Part shown: positions 11,327 to 25,135 of the stretch, piece by piece
Position numbering within the stretch: the stretch's first letter is position 1
How the letters are laid out: each line of letters opens with the position of its first letter
Assembly: GCA_964234715.1 (NCBI GenBank)
Contig: OZ174276.1
Origin: Podarcis melisellensis
Lineage: Eukaryota
Direction: 5' to 3' (one strand)
DNA length: 64,000 nucleotides
Position numbers and translations under genes: made by a program
The notes under the pieces: generated by a model
What the model saw: only the letters and a program-made list of their open reading frames with translations
What the model was told of the DNA's origin: nothing
Database searches by the model: none

Positions 11327-11387
11327 CTTCTCTTGAACGCAGTATTCATATTTCCGGATAGGGCTTGTGCAAATAAACACTTCTGTG
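11327..11387 (-). CDS. NT5C: NT5C exon 3
   Basis: TEVFICTSPIRKYEYCVQEK; 61 nt; AG/GT flanks. Confidence 0.95.
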
Positions 11388-11477
11388 CTGAAAAGACATG
11401 AGCATTATTAGTCACTATATGAAAAAAAAAACCATGAGGGCTAATTGCAAACCATTCTGTGTTCCGAATGGGCCTTA

Positions 11478-11627
<150 letters not shown>

Positions 11628-11759
11628 CTAGTTGCTTAATATTCAATCTACTATGAAGAAAATAGGAGAAGGCTCTCTTCTTCCCCCCGAGAAGGGCTCA
11701 AGAACTGCTTTAATTTTCAAAACCGCATCCCATGTACGTTGTCAAGGAGTGCCTTCTGG

Positions 11760-11905
11760 CAGTGGCGTAGCGTGGGGGGTGCAGGGGGGGCCGGCCGCAC
11801 CGGGCACAACATCTGGGGTTAGGGTTAGGGGGCGCAAATTCACGGGTTAGGGGGCGCAAATTACTTGCCTTGCCCCGGGTGCTGACAACCCACGCTACGC
11901 CACTG
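11760..11905. mobile_element. hAT-type MITE in NT5C intron 1
   Basis: 17-bp TIR cagtggcgtagcgtggg; perfect 8-bp TSD ccttctgg. Confidence 0.9.
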
Positions 11906-13193
11906 CCTTCTGGAGCAAGGCACTGGGGCTGCCATAGAAACTCTGGCTGGGCAGCAGAGGGGTTGAACTGAGCTGCAGGACCACCGCTGCTTCCACAGCC
12001 ATTGCACGCATGCCAGCTGGGATGGGGTGGGCTGGGAAATCAAGCCACAGCAGGGGGGTGTCCTGTCGGCAGTACATGCCCCCCCACCTCTTTTAGCAGG
12101 TAGAAGGGAGAGTTCTGGGACACCTCTGCCCAATCCAACTCGCCAACCCTGCACAAAGGGGGTTTGGATTGCAGCCTAAGACTGCTTTATTCCTGCAGGC
12201 TTTTTATTGGATAACGTTTCTGTCATGGTGAAGACTTGTTCCTAGGTATATTTCGCATTTCAACATTTTTTCATGGTTGGGGGAGTGATTGTTTATATAA
12301 ACCTATTATTTAAAATGATATTTCTTGTACTGAGAAACTTGGCTGAAAAGTGACTGGTTTCAGATAACTTTTTTGGGAAAGCCTCTCACATTCCAAGCCT
12401 ATTTAGCAGTGGAAAGAGAGTGTGCTGATCCTGTAAAGAAAAATATATAATTGTTAATGCAAGTTGCACTGAGCCCTTTAAAAAAAAACAAACCACCCTA
12501 CAAACTACAAAACGGCATTTCAAAATTACTCTGGATGCTACCAAAGGATTGTGTCTCCGTTTTCCTTCATCTGTTCTTTTGGGCTATATTTGTTGCTGTA
12601 ATTGGTGACTCCGTGATTCTTTACCATCCAGAGAATCTCCACAATTGGGTTTAAAAGCAAGATTGTAGCCTTAATGTTTCAACTTGAAGAGATGAATCAT
12701 TCCCATTGAACCGCATGTATGGTTTTTCCAGTGGAATGAAATATGCCTAGCACAAAACTTTTAAAAGACACATGAGACTTGCGGAGGAGAGATGGGGTGT
12801 GGTGGAGGAATAGAGGGCAGCTCTGAAACTTTAGCTAACAACTTCTAGCGCTGAAGATAGTTTGATGCTCTGCGTCACTACCGGTAAATGCCACCGACGG
12901 AGCGGGCAGGGGAGCGCGCGTTCCTCTTTGCGGCAAGGCTGCTGACTCGAGCTTTTAAGGGGTAAAAGTCCGCTAGATCCAGCTTTTCCTCCTTGCTGCC
13001 AGCTGAAAGTTGACTTTTTGCCCATGTCGTAACTGTTTTAAAGGCAGAAGGGAACCGCAATGCCCCTGCCGGTTTTTCTAAAGTTCCCTGCTGCGTTGGA
13101 TCTCGGGCAAACCTTAGCACTCGAGCTCTCCAAAAAGGAGCCGGGCCTCTTCTCCCTCTTCCCCCTGCCATCTTCCGGGAGCAGCTCGGGTCA

Positions 13194-13475
<282 letters not shown>

Positions 13476-13785
13476 CTACGCCACAGGAGGCGCTGGGAGT
13501 CAGAGAGCCGGAGCCTGCGGGGAACTACGGCCCCCGGCGACTGACGAGAGAGGCGTAATGGATACTCTCAAAGGGAGAGATCTAACCCGCTCAGTGGCGC
13601 ATGGGCAGAGGGCGCACGTGGGAAGCGCAGCGCTTTGTGGGAAGAAGTGGGGGAGAGATTTCACCCCATTCTCCGGCTTGGAAGGGCGAGGAGGAGGTGG
13701 CTTTCCCCCTTGGTGCTCAGAACAGGAGTCCCCATTTTGCGTTAACTTTTTGCTGTTATTTAATCAGCGTCTTGTGTTTCTCAGT

Positions 13786-13900
13786 CTGTGGGTCCCCAGA
13801 TGTTGTTGGACTACAACTCCCATCTTCCCTGACCACTGGTCATGCTGGCTAGGAATGAGGGGGGGTTGTAGTCCAGCAACATCTAGGGACCCACAGGTCC
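13786..13900. mobile_element. Palindromic MITE-like repeat (related copies ~5175-5272, 8282-8382, 27005-27085, 55150-55240)
   Basis: Self-complementary ctgtgggtccccagatgttgttggactacaac...gttgtagtccagcaacatctagggacccacag. Confidence 0.65.
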
Positions 13901-13954
13901 CTAAATGAAGAGATCTGAACTTGAAGCCATGTTTTCAGCTATCCAAGGTCGCTC

Positions 13955-14090
13955 TAGAGTCAGAATTGTAAGGGACCCACCCAGGTCATCTAGTCCAATC
14001 CCCTGCGCTGCAGGAATCTTTGGCCCAACGTGCGACTCGAACCCACGATGCTGAAATTAAGAGTCTGTGGTTCTACCAACTGAGCTACCT
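13955..14090 (-). mobile_element. tRNA-Lys(CTT)-headed SINE with CR1-type tail
   Basis: Minus strand reads tagctcagttggtag...gactcttaatttcag...gggttcgagtcgcacgttgggc, then the CR1 tail. Confidence 0.78.
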
Positions 14091-14218
14091 AGAAGTGTGC
14101 ATGCACACGAAAGCTCATACCAAGAACTAAATTAGTTGGTCTTTAAGGTGCTACTGGAAGGAATTTTTTTTGTTCTGACTATGGCAGACCAACACGGCTA
14201 ACTATCTGTAACTGGAAC
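14091..14218 (+). mobile_element. Penelope-like element terminal fragment
   Basis: Near identical to the arms of 31884-32087. Contains the 3' part of the hammerhead motif but lacks CTGA. Confidence 0.7.
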
Positions 14219-14397
14219 ATTTGTTCAAGCAAGGATTGTGAGTTACAGGCATGGCTTTGAGTTTTCTTTATATGGTAACTGAGCTTGGCCAATAGCAAAT
14301 ATACAATGAGGGTTGGATGCATTGGGCGGGGCGGGGGAAGAGGGAAGAGCGAGCGAGAGATGAGCTTTTATCAAGAATTAGGGAAGCTACAAGAATT

Positions 14398-14738
14398 GGG
14401 ACGCGGGTGGCGCTGTGGGTTAAACCACAGAGCCTAGGGCTTGCTGAACAGGTCAGCGGTTCAAATCCCCGCAATGGACTGAGCTCCCGTTGCTCGGTCC
14501 CTGCTCCTGCCAACCTAGCAGTTCAAAAGGACATCAAAGTGCAAGCAGATAAATAGGTACCGCTCTGGCAGAAAGATAAACGGCGTTTCTGTGTGCTGCT
14601 CTGGTTCGCCAAAAGCAGCTTAGTCATGCTGGCCACATGACCTGGCCAATAAAGCCATGCTGGCCAATAAAGCGAGATGAGCGCCGCAACCCCAGTCGGT
14701 CACGACTGGACCTAATGGTCAGGGGTCCCTATACCTTT
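14398..14738 (+). mobile_element. Sauria SINE
   Basis: gggacgcgggtggcgctgtggg head; matches 2754-3128. Confidence 0.88.
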
Positions 14739-16171
14739 ACAAGAAGAATTTGCTCAGTATGTTGCTCAGTTGACTCTGTTCTATTGCAAAAAAATCAAAC
14801 ACTTGAATTCTACACCACCACTGTGGCATTATAGTGCGATCAGTTACTACCAGATAAAAAGAGAGCATACCCAAATGACTCCTAAATTATGTTGAAGTGA
14901 GAGCTCAATCCAGGATAGCTTCAAACATCTTGACCACATTGCAGGATTTCATTATTACACAAAGTTGAAATGTGTGGTAAAGTTCATCCCACTGAAATCA
15001 GAATTGGGACATCCAGCAGAGCATGATGGAAACCCCTCATTATGATGGAGATAAGCAGACACTGATAAAGTGTTTCTCTCTGTAACGCTGAGAATGTAGA
15101 TTAGATTTTATGGCACACCATCACAGGCCATATTGCACAACAATGATGTGTAAGAAACTATTTGCTTCCCTTCAATTAGTGCAAAGACTTTCTTTCATCT
15201 GTATCAGGTTGCAATAGTTCCCAAGCTCTTAATGGACAGCCAGCAAACAATCGGCTAATACCAAGATCAGTATCTGGGAGCTAGAGCACACAAAAAGAGC
15301 TATGCAGACAGGGCACTGCCCCCCCCCCCCCCGATTCTGGTGCTTCTTGGCCTGGTGCTTCCAGACTGTAGTGTGGAGGACTTCTGTAACTCATTGTTTA
15401 ATGCCTCTACATGAAACTACTGGGACCGATGATCTGACTCTATAGAACAGAGCACCCTATGAAGCCCTTTTAAGCCCTTTTATTTTAATTTAGGTTGTAG
15501 GCAGCCTTGAGCATTTCTTACTGCAAGTAGCATCCTAGCCCATTCAAAGTGTATCACGTTTGAGGTAGTAAGGTTTTGTTTTTGTTTTTTTGCACAATAT
15601 GCATCAACATAGTTTTCCTAAATAAACACTAGGCAGGTTAAAAACAGTATTGGATCTATGGCATATTATCCAGTTATGGACCAGTTTACTCATTTTCAAA
15701 ATATTCACTGTATTCAAGATAGGAGGGTGCTGTTCAATGTAAGATGTAAAACTTATTTGTTATGCCCAATTGCTACTCAACCTCTGAAATGTGTTGCATT
15801 TTCATGTTTTATATATTATGGTCAAACTGTTCCATCTGTAATTACTAGCCATTTTATGTACAGCAGCCTTTGAATAAGAGATCTTGTTTAGCATCCCTTA
15901 ACATGTGTAAGAAGCCAAATGAAAGTGATTTAGTTTCACAACTATCAACGCTGTATTCCCATCTCTTAAAGCAGATATACCTCCATAGATACCGCAAAGC
16001 ATGATGGCTACATGACACTTGATTACGCTTCTAGTATAATGGCACTAATTAGCAGCAACCTAGCATGTTAACATTGCTACAGCAATGGCTGTTTGTTTGG
16101 GAAGTGTATATGGAAATGTTCTATGAAACCACCCAATTTCTCTTCCACGTTTTTGTGGATTTCAACTTGAT

Positions 16172-18022
16172 ATAATAATAATAATAATTTATTATTTATA
16201 CCCCGCCCATCTGGCTGAGTTTCCCCAGCCACTCTGGGCGGCTCCCAATAAGTGTTAAAAACAGTACAGCATTACATATTAAAAACTTCCCTGAACAGGG
16301 CTGCCTTAAGATGTTTTCTGAATGTCAGGTAATTCTTTATCTCTTTGACATCTGATGGGAGGGCGTCCCACAGGGCGGGCGCCACTACCGAGAAGGCCCT
16401 CTGTCTGGTTCCCTGTAGCCTCACTTCTCGCAATGAGGGAACCGCCAGAAGGCCCTCGGCACTGGATTTCAGTGTCCGGGCTGAACGATGGGGGTGGAGA
16501 CGCTCCTTCAGGTATACAGGACCGAGGCCGTTTAGGGCTTTAAAGGTCAGCACCAACACTTTGAATCGTGCTCGGAAACGTACTGGGAGCCAGTGCAGAT
16601 CTCTCAGAACCGGTGTTATGTGGTCCCGGCGGCCACTCCCAGTCACCAGTCTAGCTGCCGCATTCTGGATTAATTGCAGCTTCCGGGTCACCTTCAAAGG
16701 TAGCCCCACGTAGAGCGCGTTGCAGTAGTCCAAGCGTGAGATAACTAGAGCATGCACCACTCTGGCGAGACAGTCCGCGGGGAGGTAGGGTCTTAGCCTG
16801 CGTACCAGGTGGAGCTGGTAGACAGCTGCCCTGGACACAGAGTTAACCTGCGCCTCCATGGACAGCTGTGAGTCCAAAATGACTCCCAGGCTGCGCACCT
16901 GGTCCTTCAGGGGCACAGTTACCCCATTCAGGACCAGGGAATCCTCCACACCTGCCCGCCTCCTGTCCCCCAAAAACAGTACTTCTGTCTTGTCAGGATT
17001 CAACCTCAATCTGTTAGCCGCCATCCAACCTCCAACCGCCTCCAGGCACTCACACAGGACCTTCACCGCCTTCACTGGTTCTGATTTAAAGGAGAGGTAG
17101 AGCTGGGTGTCATCTGCATACTGATGAACACCCAGTCCAAACCCCCTGATGATCTCTCCCAGCAGCTTCATATAGATATTAAAAAGCATGGGGGAGAGGA
17201 CAGAACCCTGAGGCACCCCACAAGTGAGAGCCCAGGGGTCTGAACACTCACCCCCCACCACCACTTTCTGGACACGGCCCAGGAGGAAGGAGCGGAACCA
17301 CTGTATGACAGTGCCCCCAGCTCCCAGCCCCTCTAGACGGTCCAGAAGGATGTTATGGTCGATGGTGTCAAAGGCCGTTGAGAGATCCAGCAGAACTAGG
17401 AAACAGCTCTCACCTTTGTCCCTAGCCCGCCGGAGATCATCAACCAGCGCGACCAAGGCAGTTTCAGTCCCATGGTGAGGCCTGAATCCCGATTGGAAGG
17501 GATCCAAATGGTCCGTTTCCTCCAGGCGTGCTTGGAGTTGTTCAGCAACCACCCGCTCAATCACCTTGCCCAAGAATGGCAGATTTGAGACTGGGCGATA
17601 GTTGGCCAAATTGGCCAGGTCTAAAGATGTTTTTTTAAGAAGCGGTTTAATGACCGCCTCTTTCAGCGGGTCTGGGAAGGCTCCCTCACAGAGGGAAGCA
17701 TTCACCACCCCGCAGAGCCCATCGCCCAGCGCTTCCCGGCTCGCTTTTATCAGCCAGGATGGGCAAGGATCAAGGAGACAGGTGGTCGGTTTCACTCGTC
17801 CAAGCAGCCTGTCCACATCCTCGGAGGTAACAGATTGGAATTGATCCCATATAACAGGACCAGACAGAACTCTAGCACTCTCCCGCCCTGGCCCTGCTCC
17901 CACGGTGGAGTCTACCTCCTTCTGAATCTGAGCGATTTTATCTGCAAAAAACTTTGCAAAAGCATTGCAGGAGATCTTGGGGTCCCTACCAGGCCCAGGT
18001 GGTACAGGTGGTTCCGATAAAC
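16172..18022 (-). mobile_element. 5'-truncated L2-clade LINE with uninterrupted reverse transcriptase ORF
   Basis: ORF 16272-18089 contains YRPVSNL, QSGFR, LLDLSTAFDTIDH, GVPQGSVLSP and YADD, plus an L2-type C-terminus (LHWLPV, RAFSVVAP). Short 3' UTR and (TTA)n tail; no endonuclease domain. Confidence 0.93.
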
Positions 18023-18981
18023 TGCGATATTCAAGTGACGAGTAGGCAGCATAGCAGACCCTGAAAACAAAGCTCTGACACTGCTTCAAAATTTCTATAT
18101 ATTTTATTTAAGCAACAATCCAGCTTTATCAAGATATAACACACATTTAGAAGGATGAAATTCTCACCTCATGGTCAAGCACCAACATGATCATGCATAG
18201 CACAGGAATTGTTTGAACTAGAATGCCTCTTAAAAGAGATTGTTCCTGTCTCCAATACTTACTTCTGCAAGATCCACTCCACCTTGACTTCAGGTGAGTC
18301 CCAATATTGGGGCAACAGAACAGCATCTCAAATCACTAGCCCTGTCATTTGGCACTGGTCCCATCTGATATGCCTGAACCAAGATTATTCTTGTTTGAAG
18401 GCAGCATGGTAATCGCTAGCACCATGACTCTTACTGTTCAGAAATGCACAACAGGGCTTTAGACATTTACCAGTTACTGAAGGATACCTTGGATAACCAA
18501 CTAGTATGTGTTGCAGGGATGGGTAGGAAAGAGTACATTTGTCAACCGTCTTCTGATCTGTGCAACCCTGGACTTTTAACCCTTCTTCTAAGCTAACTAA
18601 GGGGTTTCTACAAATTTCAGGACAAAATGCCATCTAACACACTCAGAACCAACCAGCCTAGGTTATGATACACTACTATATATATATATACCTTAGAAAT
18701 CTTTCCATCAGCCATGGGCTGCATAGGAATGCCACTGCTCTACGTCTACCACTAGGAAAAGAAATCACACATTCCACTTCCAGTAGACCCAAGGGAGACA
18801 AGACAGAAGTTGAAAAAACCTTCCTTTAAAAAAGATGAAGTACATAAAGTGCTTCTTTAATGACAGTTTGAGAAGAAGTACAGTCAGGCTCAAGTTGTGC
18901 AGTTCACAAGCATGGAAGGAAAACAAAGATGACAGACATGAGTTCCAAGTAGTTAGGAGGAGGAGCAAAGGAGGAATAAGT

Positions 18982-19130
18982 TTAACCAAGGACTAGGCTG
19001 GACTTTCCGCCAGGTGGATTTCTCCTAGATGGTGCGGGTGCTGCAGCTACGGGGCTAGGAACTGGTGCAGCCGGCACAGGCTTCTCTTCACTCGGGCCAG
19101 AGGCAGCTTCTATTTCAACCTCTGTGTTTT
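18982..19130 (-). CDS. JPT1: JPT1 last exon (total 156 aa)
   Basis: [49 protein letters not shown]; minus-strand AATAAA at 18103-18108. Confidence 0.95.
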
Positions 19131-21528
19131 CTAGAAAAGGAAGAATAGGAAAAAAAGAGGAATGCTTCAATCTCCAACGTATCAAAGTTATTGCTGGACA
19201 AACACTGGCTCTGTGGCAAATCTTAAACAACGGAAGTAGAAAAGACTGCTCTATCTAGCAGTATTATGAATTTGTTTTATTGCCCCCATTGTTATATTTT
19301 GGCATTATTGTTTTTCTTGTGTTTTCTTTTTGTCTCCAACAATAAAAAACCCCAATTTTTAAAAGTAGGAAAACAGAAGTCAACGCCAGCGAATTTAGCA
19401 AGGAAAGAGCATCAGTCACTCCATGTTATGCATATGCACTTTAGGGGAATATTCATTGCACAAGGAGCCTTATTATCACATCTAACTATTTGCTTAATTG
19501 AAGCACCTGTTTATGGTAAGCAGATCCAACAAAAGCAGAACACACTATATGCAGAAGAGTAAGGATTAATGTTGTGTTGTGAAACTGAATGCATGCAGCA
19601 TGTCGAACAGGATTTAATGTGCCATTTGGCCACAGAACTAAGTACATCATACATCCTAGCCAGATAGTTTAGAAACTCCTTGGTATGCAGCTTTTCCAAA
19701 TATATTTCAACCAAAGCTTTCAAACAATCTGCCAAGCCTGGTTATTACAATCTAGACACCACACTAATGACTGGCTGCACGGATAGAATTCCTGCATATG
19801 CATGTAATTAAAACTATTACTGTTTAGTCTTTACTCAGGAACTCCTACCTGCCGACATACAAATAATTCACTGTCCTAATACCATCACATTTCCAGGAAG
19901 ACAAATCAGATAAATCAGATTTTTCAAAATTAATGTAGAATAGGTTTCTGAACTATAGCCGCTTGCTATCTTCAAGCTCTTTCTATAATCTTTCTGCTGT
20001 AAATTCATCCAGCCACCTTTGGTGTTCATTTCCACAATGGCTATTAGACATTAAGCTACCCAAGGCCCAGATCTGCTAGTTATCAGTGGCCTTACACCTG
20101 CCCTTCCTGTGGCATATTACAATCCCATTCTTGGACTAAAAGGTGTAGGTTTTAAATGGGAGTGCCAAATTAGGGTTTATCTCACTTTCAGGTTGCCAGG
20201 TTGTCTCTCTGACCTTGATTCTGAAATCTACTTCAACTGGCAGATTTCTGGATGATTAACCACAGGTTGAAAAACCCCTTTATCCAGCTCTTATAAGAAA
20301 CATTTTCACTGAACACTGATTGAGGTTAACTATGTTTGGTGTGCACTAGACAGCTAAGGCTATCTGCTGAAATTCTGAAGATCAGTCATCTTAGAAAGCT
20401 GTCCCATGCATATAAAAAGTCAGCTAAGAGAAGGCAAAGGTCTACAAGAATCCTGCAGAGATCAAGTGAGTAATGACAACTGGCTACCAGACAAGAGGTG
20501 TGCTATTTCACAGCTGATAGAAGCTACTCATGTGCACAATACATTAAGCATCATGAGTACCTGTTCTGCTTGACAGAAAACTAGACTAATTTCATTCTAT
20601 TCACTCCATTTCCCCAACAAAATGAGTGTGGTAATTCTGGATTGCTTTAGTATAGCTAGGAGCCTTCACATGGTAGCTGGGGCATTTTTTGTGCCATTAG
20701 CAGACAAACCACCACCAATAGGAACTCTACAGAAATAGGAGAAGGATCCCAATTCGTTAAGGCAGGTTTTCAAGTTGGAAGCCTCTTGCCTAAGTTGGTA
20801 GACTACTTGTAAGTTACCCAAACCCACTAGTCACATCACACACTCACATACAGCCTTCTCAAAGTACAGTTTATGTTGTAGGTCTCATAGAGTTATGGCT
20901 CTGCAAATGACAACTCTGGAAGCTTAGCTCAGAAAACACACTTTATTCACCACACAACGTTGGGAGTAAAAGGAACACTCAGCCTTAAAGGTTCTATGGA
21001 AGCCTCTCTCTAGCTTCACTCTTAATAGTTCCTCATGTTTGAAAACAAAAAAACCCACCCCTCCCATTTCCATTCTGCTCCTTTCTGTGTAATTTGGCAG
21101 CAATTTCCCCTTAAACTTAGTTTCAGCATGTCTGTCACCATACACAACACATACACGAATTGGACACATTTACGCCATTCTATATTCACAAATCCCTACA
21201 GATCTCCAATGAATCATGCCTACTGAGGTATACATGCACATTCTATTCACTTATTGTATGTGGTGGCAGGTGCACCCCAGGTACACCTGAGAATTAAAAT
21301 GTTTTGCATTTATTCATGTGTTAACTGCAACCAGGTAAAATCTTATGCAAGACCAAGAGGCCACAGAGCTGACAGATAGGTCTTCATTATGAAGACACCT
21401 CTCCTCAAAAGTCATCTTGATTCACATTTATCCTTTCAGACTCCAACATACATCAGTGTACACATCCACCCAAGCCGGAAATGAATTTTCTTTTCGCTTA
21501 TTTAGATCAAGGAGGAAAAAGTACTTAC

Positions 21529-21550
21529 CGGGAGCCTCACCTTCCCCGCC
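21529..21550 (-). CDS. JPT1: JPT1 22-nt microexon 4 (GGEGEAP)
   Basis: Strong acceptor ctttctttttattgcag| and donor |gtaagtac. Needed to join phase-0 exon 3 to phase-1 exon 5. Confidence 0.85.
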
Positions 21551-21752
21551 CTGCAATAAAAAGAAAGCCAATGTTAATTCTAACTTTGCTGACATCAACC
21601 AACAAAGATCACTTCTTTAGCTGAGCCAATATAAAGTAAGCATATTTGTCAATAGCAGAAACCTAATTTCTGAAACAATGAATGTAGTTTGAGTTTTATG
21701 GAAAAAAACTCAATCGTGGTGGGGATACATTTTCCAATTTGTAAGACAGGTA

Positions 21753-22044
21753 CCGTATATACTCAAGTATAAGCCGACCCAAATATAAGCCAAGGCACCT
21801 AATTTTACCACAAAAAACTGGGAAACTTATTGACTAGAGTATAAGTCGGTTCACCACACCACAAATCTGGAGGTGGAGGTGGCGGCAGCAGCAGCAGCAG
21901 CGGAGGAGGAAGGCAGACAGCGGCAAAGGCAGAGCAGAAGGAAGGAGCAGCCCGAAGGGACCCTCATTTGAGTATAAGCCGAGGGGGGCTTTTTCATCAT
22001 TAAAAATGTGATGAAAAAGTCGGCTTATACTTGAATATATATGG
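21753..22044. mobile_element. Tc1/mariner (pogo/Tigger-like) MITE
   Basis: TA|ccgtatatactcaagtataagccg ... cggcttatacttgaatatatatgg|TA inverted termini. Confidence 0.8.
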
Positions 22045-23042
22045 TAATTTCCAATCTGTGAGTTGAGGCATACTAACATACCTGGAGGAAACTGCTGATG
22101 TCCAGAAGAAACCAAGTGTCTGTGAGACTTGAATACCCATTCAAGAGAAGAAACTGACCACTGCATGGTTATATGTTTTACTGATTTTCCCTGCTGCCTA
22201 CTTCCAGTCAGCCTCTACAAAGGGCTGGTAATTCTGCTCCATCAAGAATGACTGGCTCATTCATCCAGTCATTTCCCATGTAGAATAACCTACCAGTGAA
22301 GGTACTCCCATAACAGGCAACCAAACATACCCAAGGGGGTGGTTTCCTGAAGGTCACTTCCTGACTTCAGCAACATGTGCACTAAAGGAAACTTACAGGC
22401 CCATAACAAAACATATCCCAACCTACCACTAGTTGAGAATCAGGATGAAAATATGCTAGGAGCAGTACATCCCTAGTATAGGCTAACCTATGATCACAAA
22501 TTACCTAGAGATCTCATAAATAAACCAAAATTTGTGGGTAATTAAGCCGTGTTATGTTCAAAAAAGCACTAGCATACATAGGATCCACCTTGTCTAAAAT
22601 TAGAGGAAACTCTAGACTCATACATGTTGACTGAAGTCACAACTATCAGTTCACATGTTAACTAGTGTACAAGGTGCCCATCAATAGGAAGCAAACACTC
22701 CTAATACTCACACCAGGTACTTTATGCTTCTGGCTGATCACTATGAGAACAGGATGCTGATGAATATGGGCCACTGGCTTGATCCAGCAGTGCTATGAGT
22801 TTTAGTCTTATGTTAATCTGCTATACTACTAATGTCTTTGGAGTTCTGCTTCAAATGGCAAGCAGAGGCAGTGTTTTCAGAGCAGCACTGTGCTTGAAAT
22901 CTAATCATCAAGAACTAGGGATATCTTCATGTATACCTTTGAGGAGGAAGGTAACAGAATAAGAGCAAGGCCAGCCCTCTGAAGGTTGAGCAGCTCTGCC
23001 ACCATTTTAAGATTCTCAATTTACAAAAAGAACAGCTCTTAC

Positions 23043-23140
23043 CTTTGGATCCACGAAGTCACCAGAGATTGCATCGGAAGAATTTCTTCTTTGTGACCCA
23101 GGAGCTTCGGAATTTTCACTGACATCGCTGGGCTTGGCTG
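23043..23140 (-). CDS. JPT1: JPT1 exon 3
   Basis: AAKPSDVSENSEAPGSQRRNSSDAISGDFVDPK; |gtaag donor. Confidence 0.92.
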
Positions 23141-23943
23141 CTGTGAATAAATGGTCAGTGTAACATGTACATAAAGCAGATACCCAAAGTAATAAAATCA
23201 TGTACAATATTTCTAAGCAACAACCAGAGACAATGAACTGGCCCAAAAATTCTTTGTTACCTTCTTAACATATACTTCATCTAGCACAGTCCCAACACCT
23301 CCCTATTCAAAATGTTTCTGAATCTTGAACATCTGCTATAAGTTTAAACTTAGTACAAGTACTTTTGCACATTCAACCAGTTGGCCTAACAATGACCCTC
23401 TTGACCTGTTCTGTATCAAAATTTCATGCAGTTTTCTTCATTTATAGAGACACCCTCATAGGCACATTAGAAACAGATTGAATGCTAGTATTTTCTCATT
23501 CTCTGCCACTACAACACCATTAATGTTTTCCCAATGCCTGCCGAGTACATGCAGCTAGTTCTGTAAGTGAAATAGCCACTGGTGTGCTAGTACACCATGG
23601 CTTAGAACAGAGTCATAGGAGTTAGCATGTAAACAGGCTAGGACTTGCCCCAGTGTCAAGAGATTGTGAACAGGATAAACTGAAGCCAAAAATTGCTCAA
23701 CGCTACTTCCACATGTTGCAGCTCCTCCTAACCAAGGAAGGAGTTCATGCTTCCACCCATCAGCGACTATTCAAGTACAGACAAGCCTACACTGCAAGTT
23801 ATCCTCTCTCCAGTTATTTTTTAATTTGTTTTGCAAAAACTATTTTACATCTCCAAAACAAGGCCAGGAAGCACAGTAAAAAACCCGAATCCAGATATTC
23901 AACCATGGGCACCCCTTTAAAGAATGAGAAGTAGTTGTTTCAC

Positions 23944-24089
23944 CTGTTGAGCTAGCCCAGGAGGATGAATTATCTTCTGGAGTCCCAAAGATATTGGATG
24001 CCATCTTGTGTCTTCTTGTGTTTTGGTGTTCTTTTGGCAGATCAAATCCCATGTTGAACGTGGAACCACCACCTGGTGGACGAAGAACT
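23944..24089 (-). CDS. JPT1: JPT1 exon 2
   Basis: [16 protein letters not shown]...[21 protein letters not shown], with the Jupiter-family motifs. Confidence 0.95.
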
Positions 24090-25135
24090 CTAGAAACAGA
24101 GACCCGAGAGTTATGTTTACAGCATTGTCATCAACAGTGTAGCCTACCAGTGCAAAAAGAGGGCATTAAAGTAGCTATACATAGCCTGTAAGAAACAGTA
24201 GTCTTTTAGTCCATTTCAAACTAGCTTGTTACCATTAATAGACAAAGTAAAATAAACGGCCAGCTCACTAAAGAATGTTCATTTGACTCAGATTACTAAA
24301 GCTCCTATTTGCAATTTAATGATTACAAGTGGTTACAACATGGCATCAAGAGATAAAGTACTCATAACCCATTTTAGGGGCAACAGTGTAGTCACCATAC
24401 CTATTGCCCTCTAAAAGCACTTTCAGACTATTCAGAATTCTTAACCAGTTGCCCCACTCATACACATGCAACACTTTTTAAAGCCAGATGTGGGCAGAGG
24501 GTCAGGTTAGCCCAACTATTTTCAGAGTAAACTGAAAGGTGTTGCTGAAACTTTCAAAAAGTGGGGCACTTAGTATCTATGAGAAAGAAGCAAAGAAGGG
24601 CAAGGTCAGACTGGAGGAAAGTTCAGGAATCTGAAATCTAAGATCAGCAATTTTTAATCACCATGCTGTCCTGATAACATGCCTTAGCTATAGTCTGGAT
24701 CAACAAGCAACTCACTGTGCCATACTTCATACCTGACTTCAGCAGCATTAAACACTGCTAGCCTTGCAGTGTGCATTAGAGGGTGGAGCGTGCATTAGAG
24801 AGCATATCATTGTAGGTCCTTTGAACTAGATGTTAGATATAATATAGTGTACTTCAGGTGTTAAGCTTTGCGCATATTGTCACTGAATTCTCTTATGGCA
24901 CTGCTAACATCTCTAGGCCATATTGCAAACAATTCACATGCCTGCCTATTAACTCGCAGAATAGGAATTCTACTAGGGTATCTTATTTTGGCAGGGTCGT
25001 CCACCTGGATGTTGGAAAGCCAACACACCACCTGGCAAAGCATCATCAACACTGCCAGGGTCTGTGTCCCTTGTATGTTGGAGTTACCTAGTACACACCA
25101 ATCACACACGCTTAACTAGTTACATTAGGAAAGCG

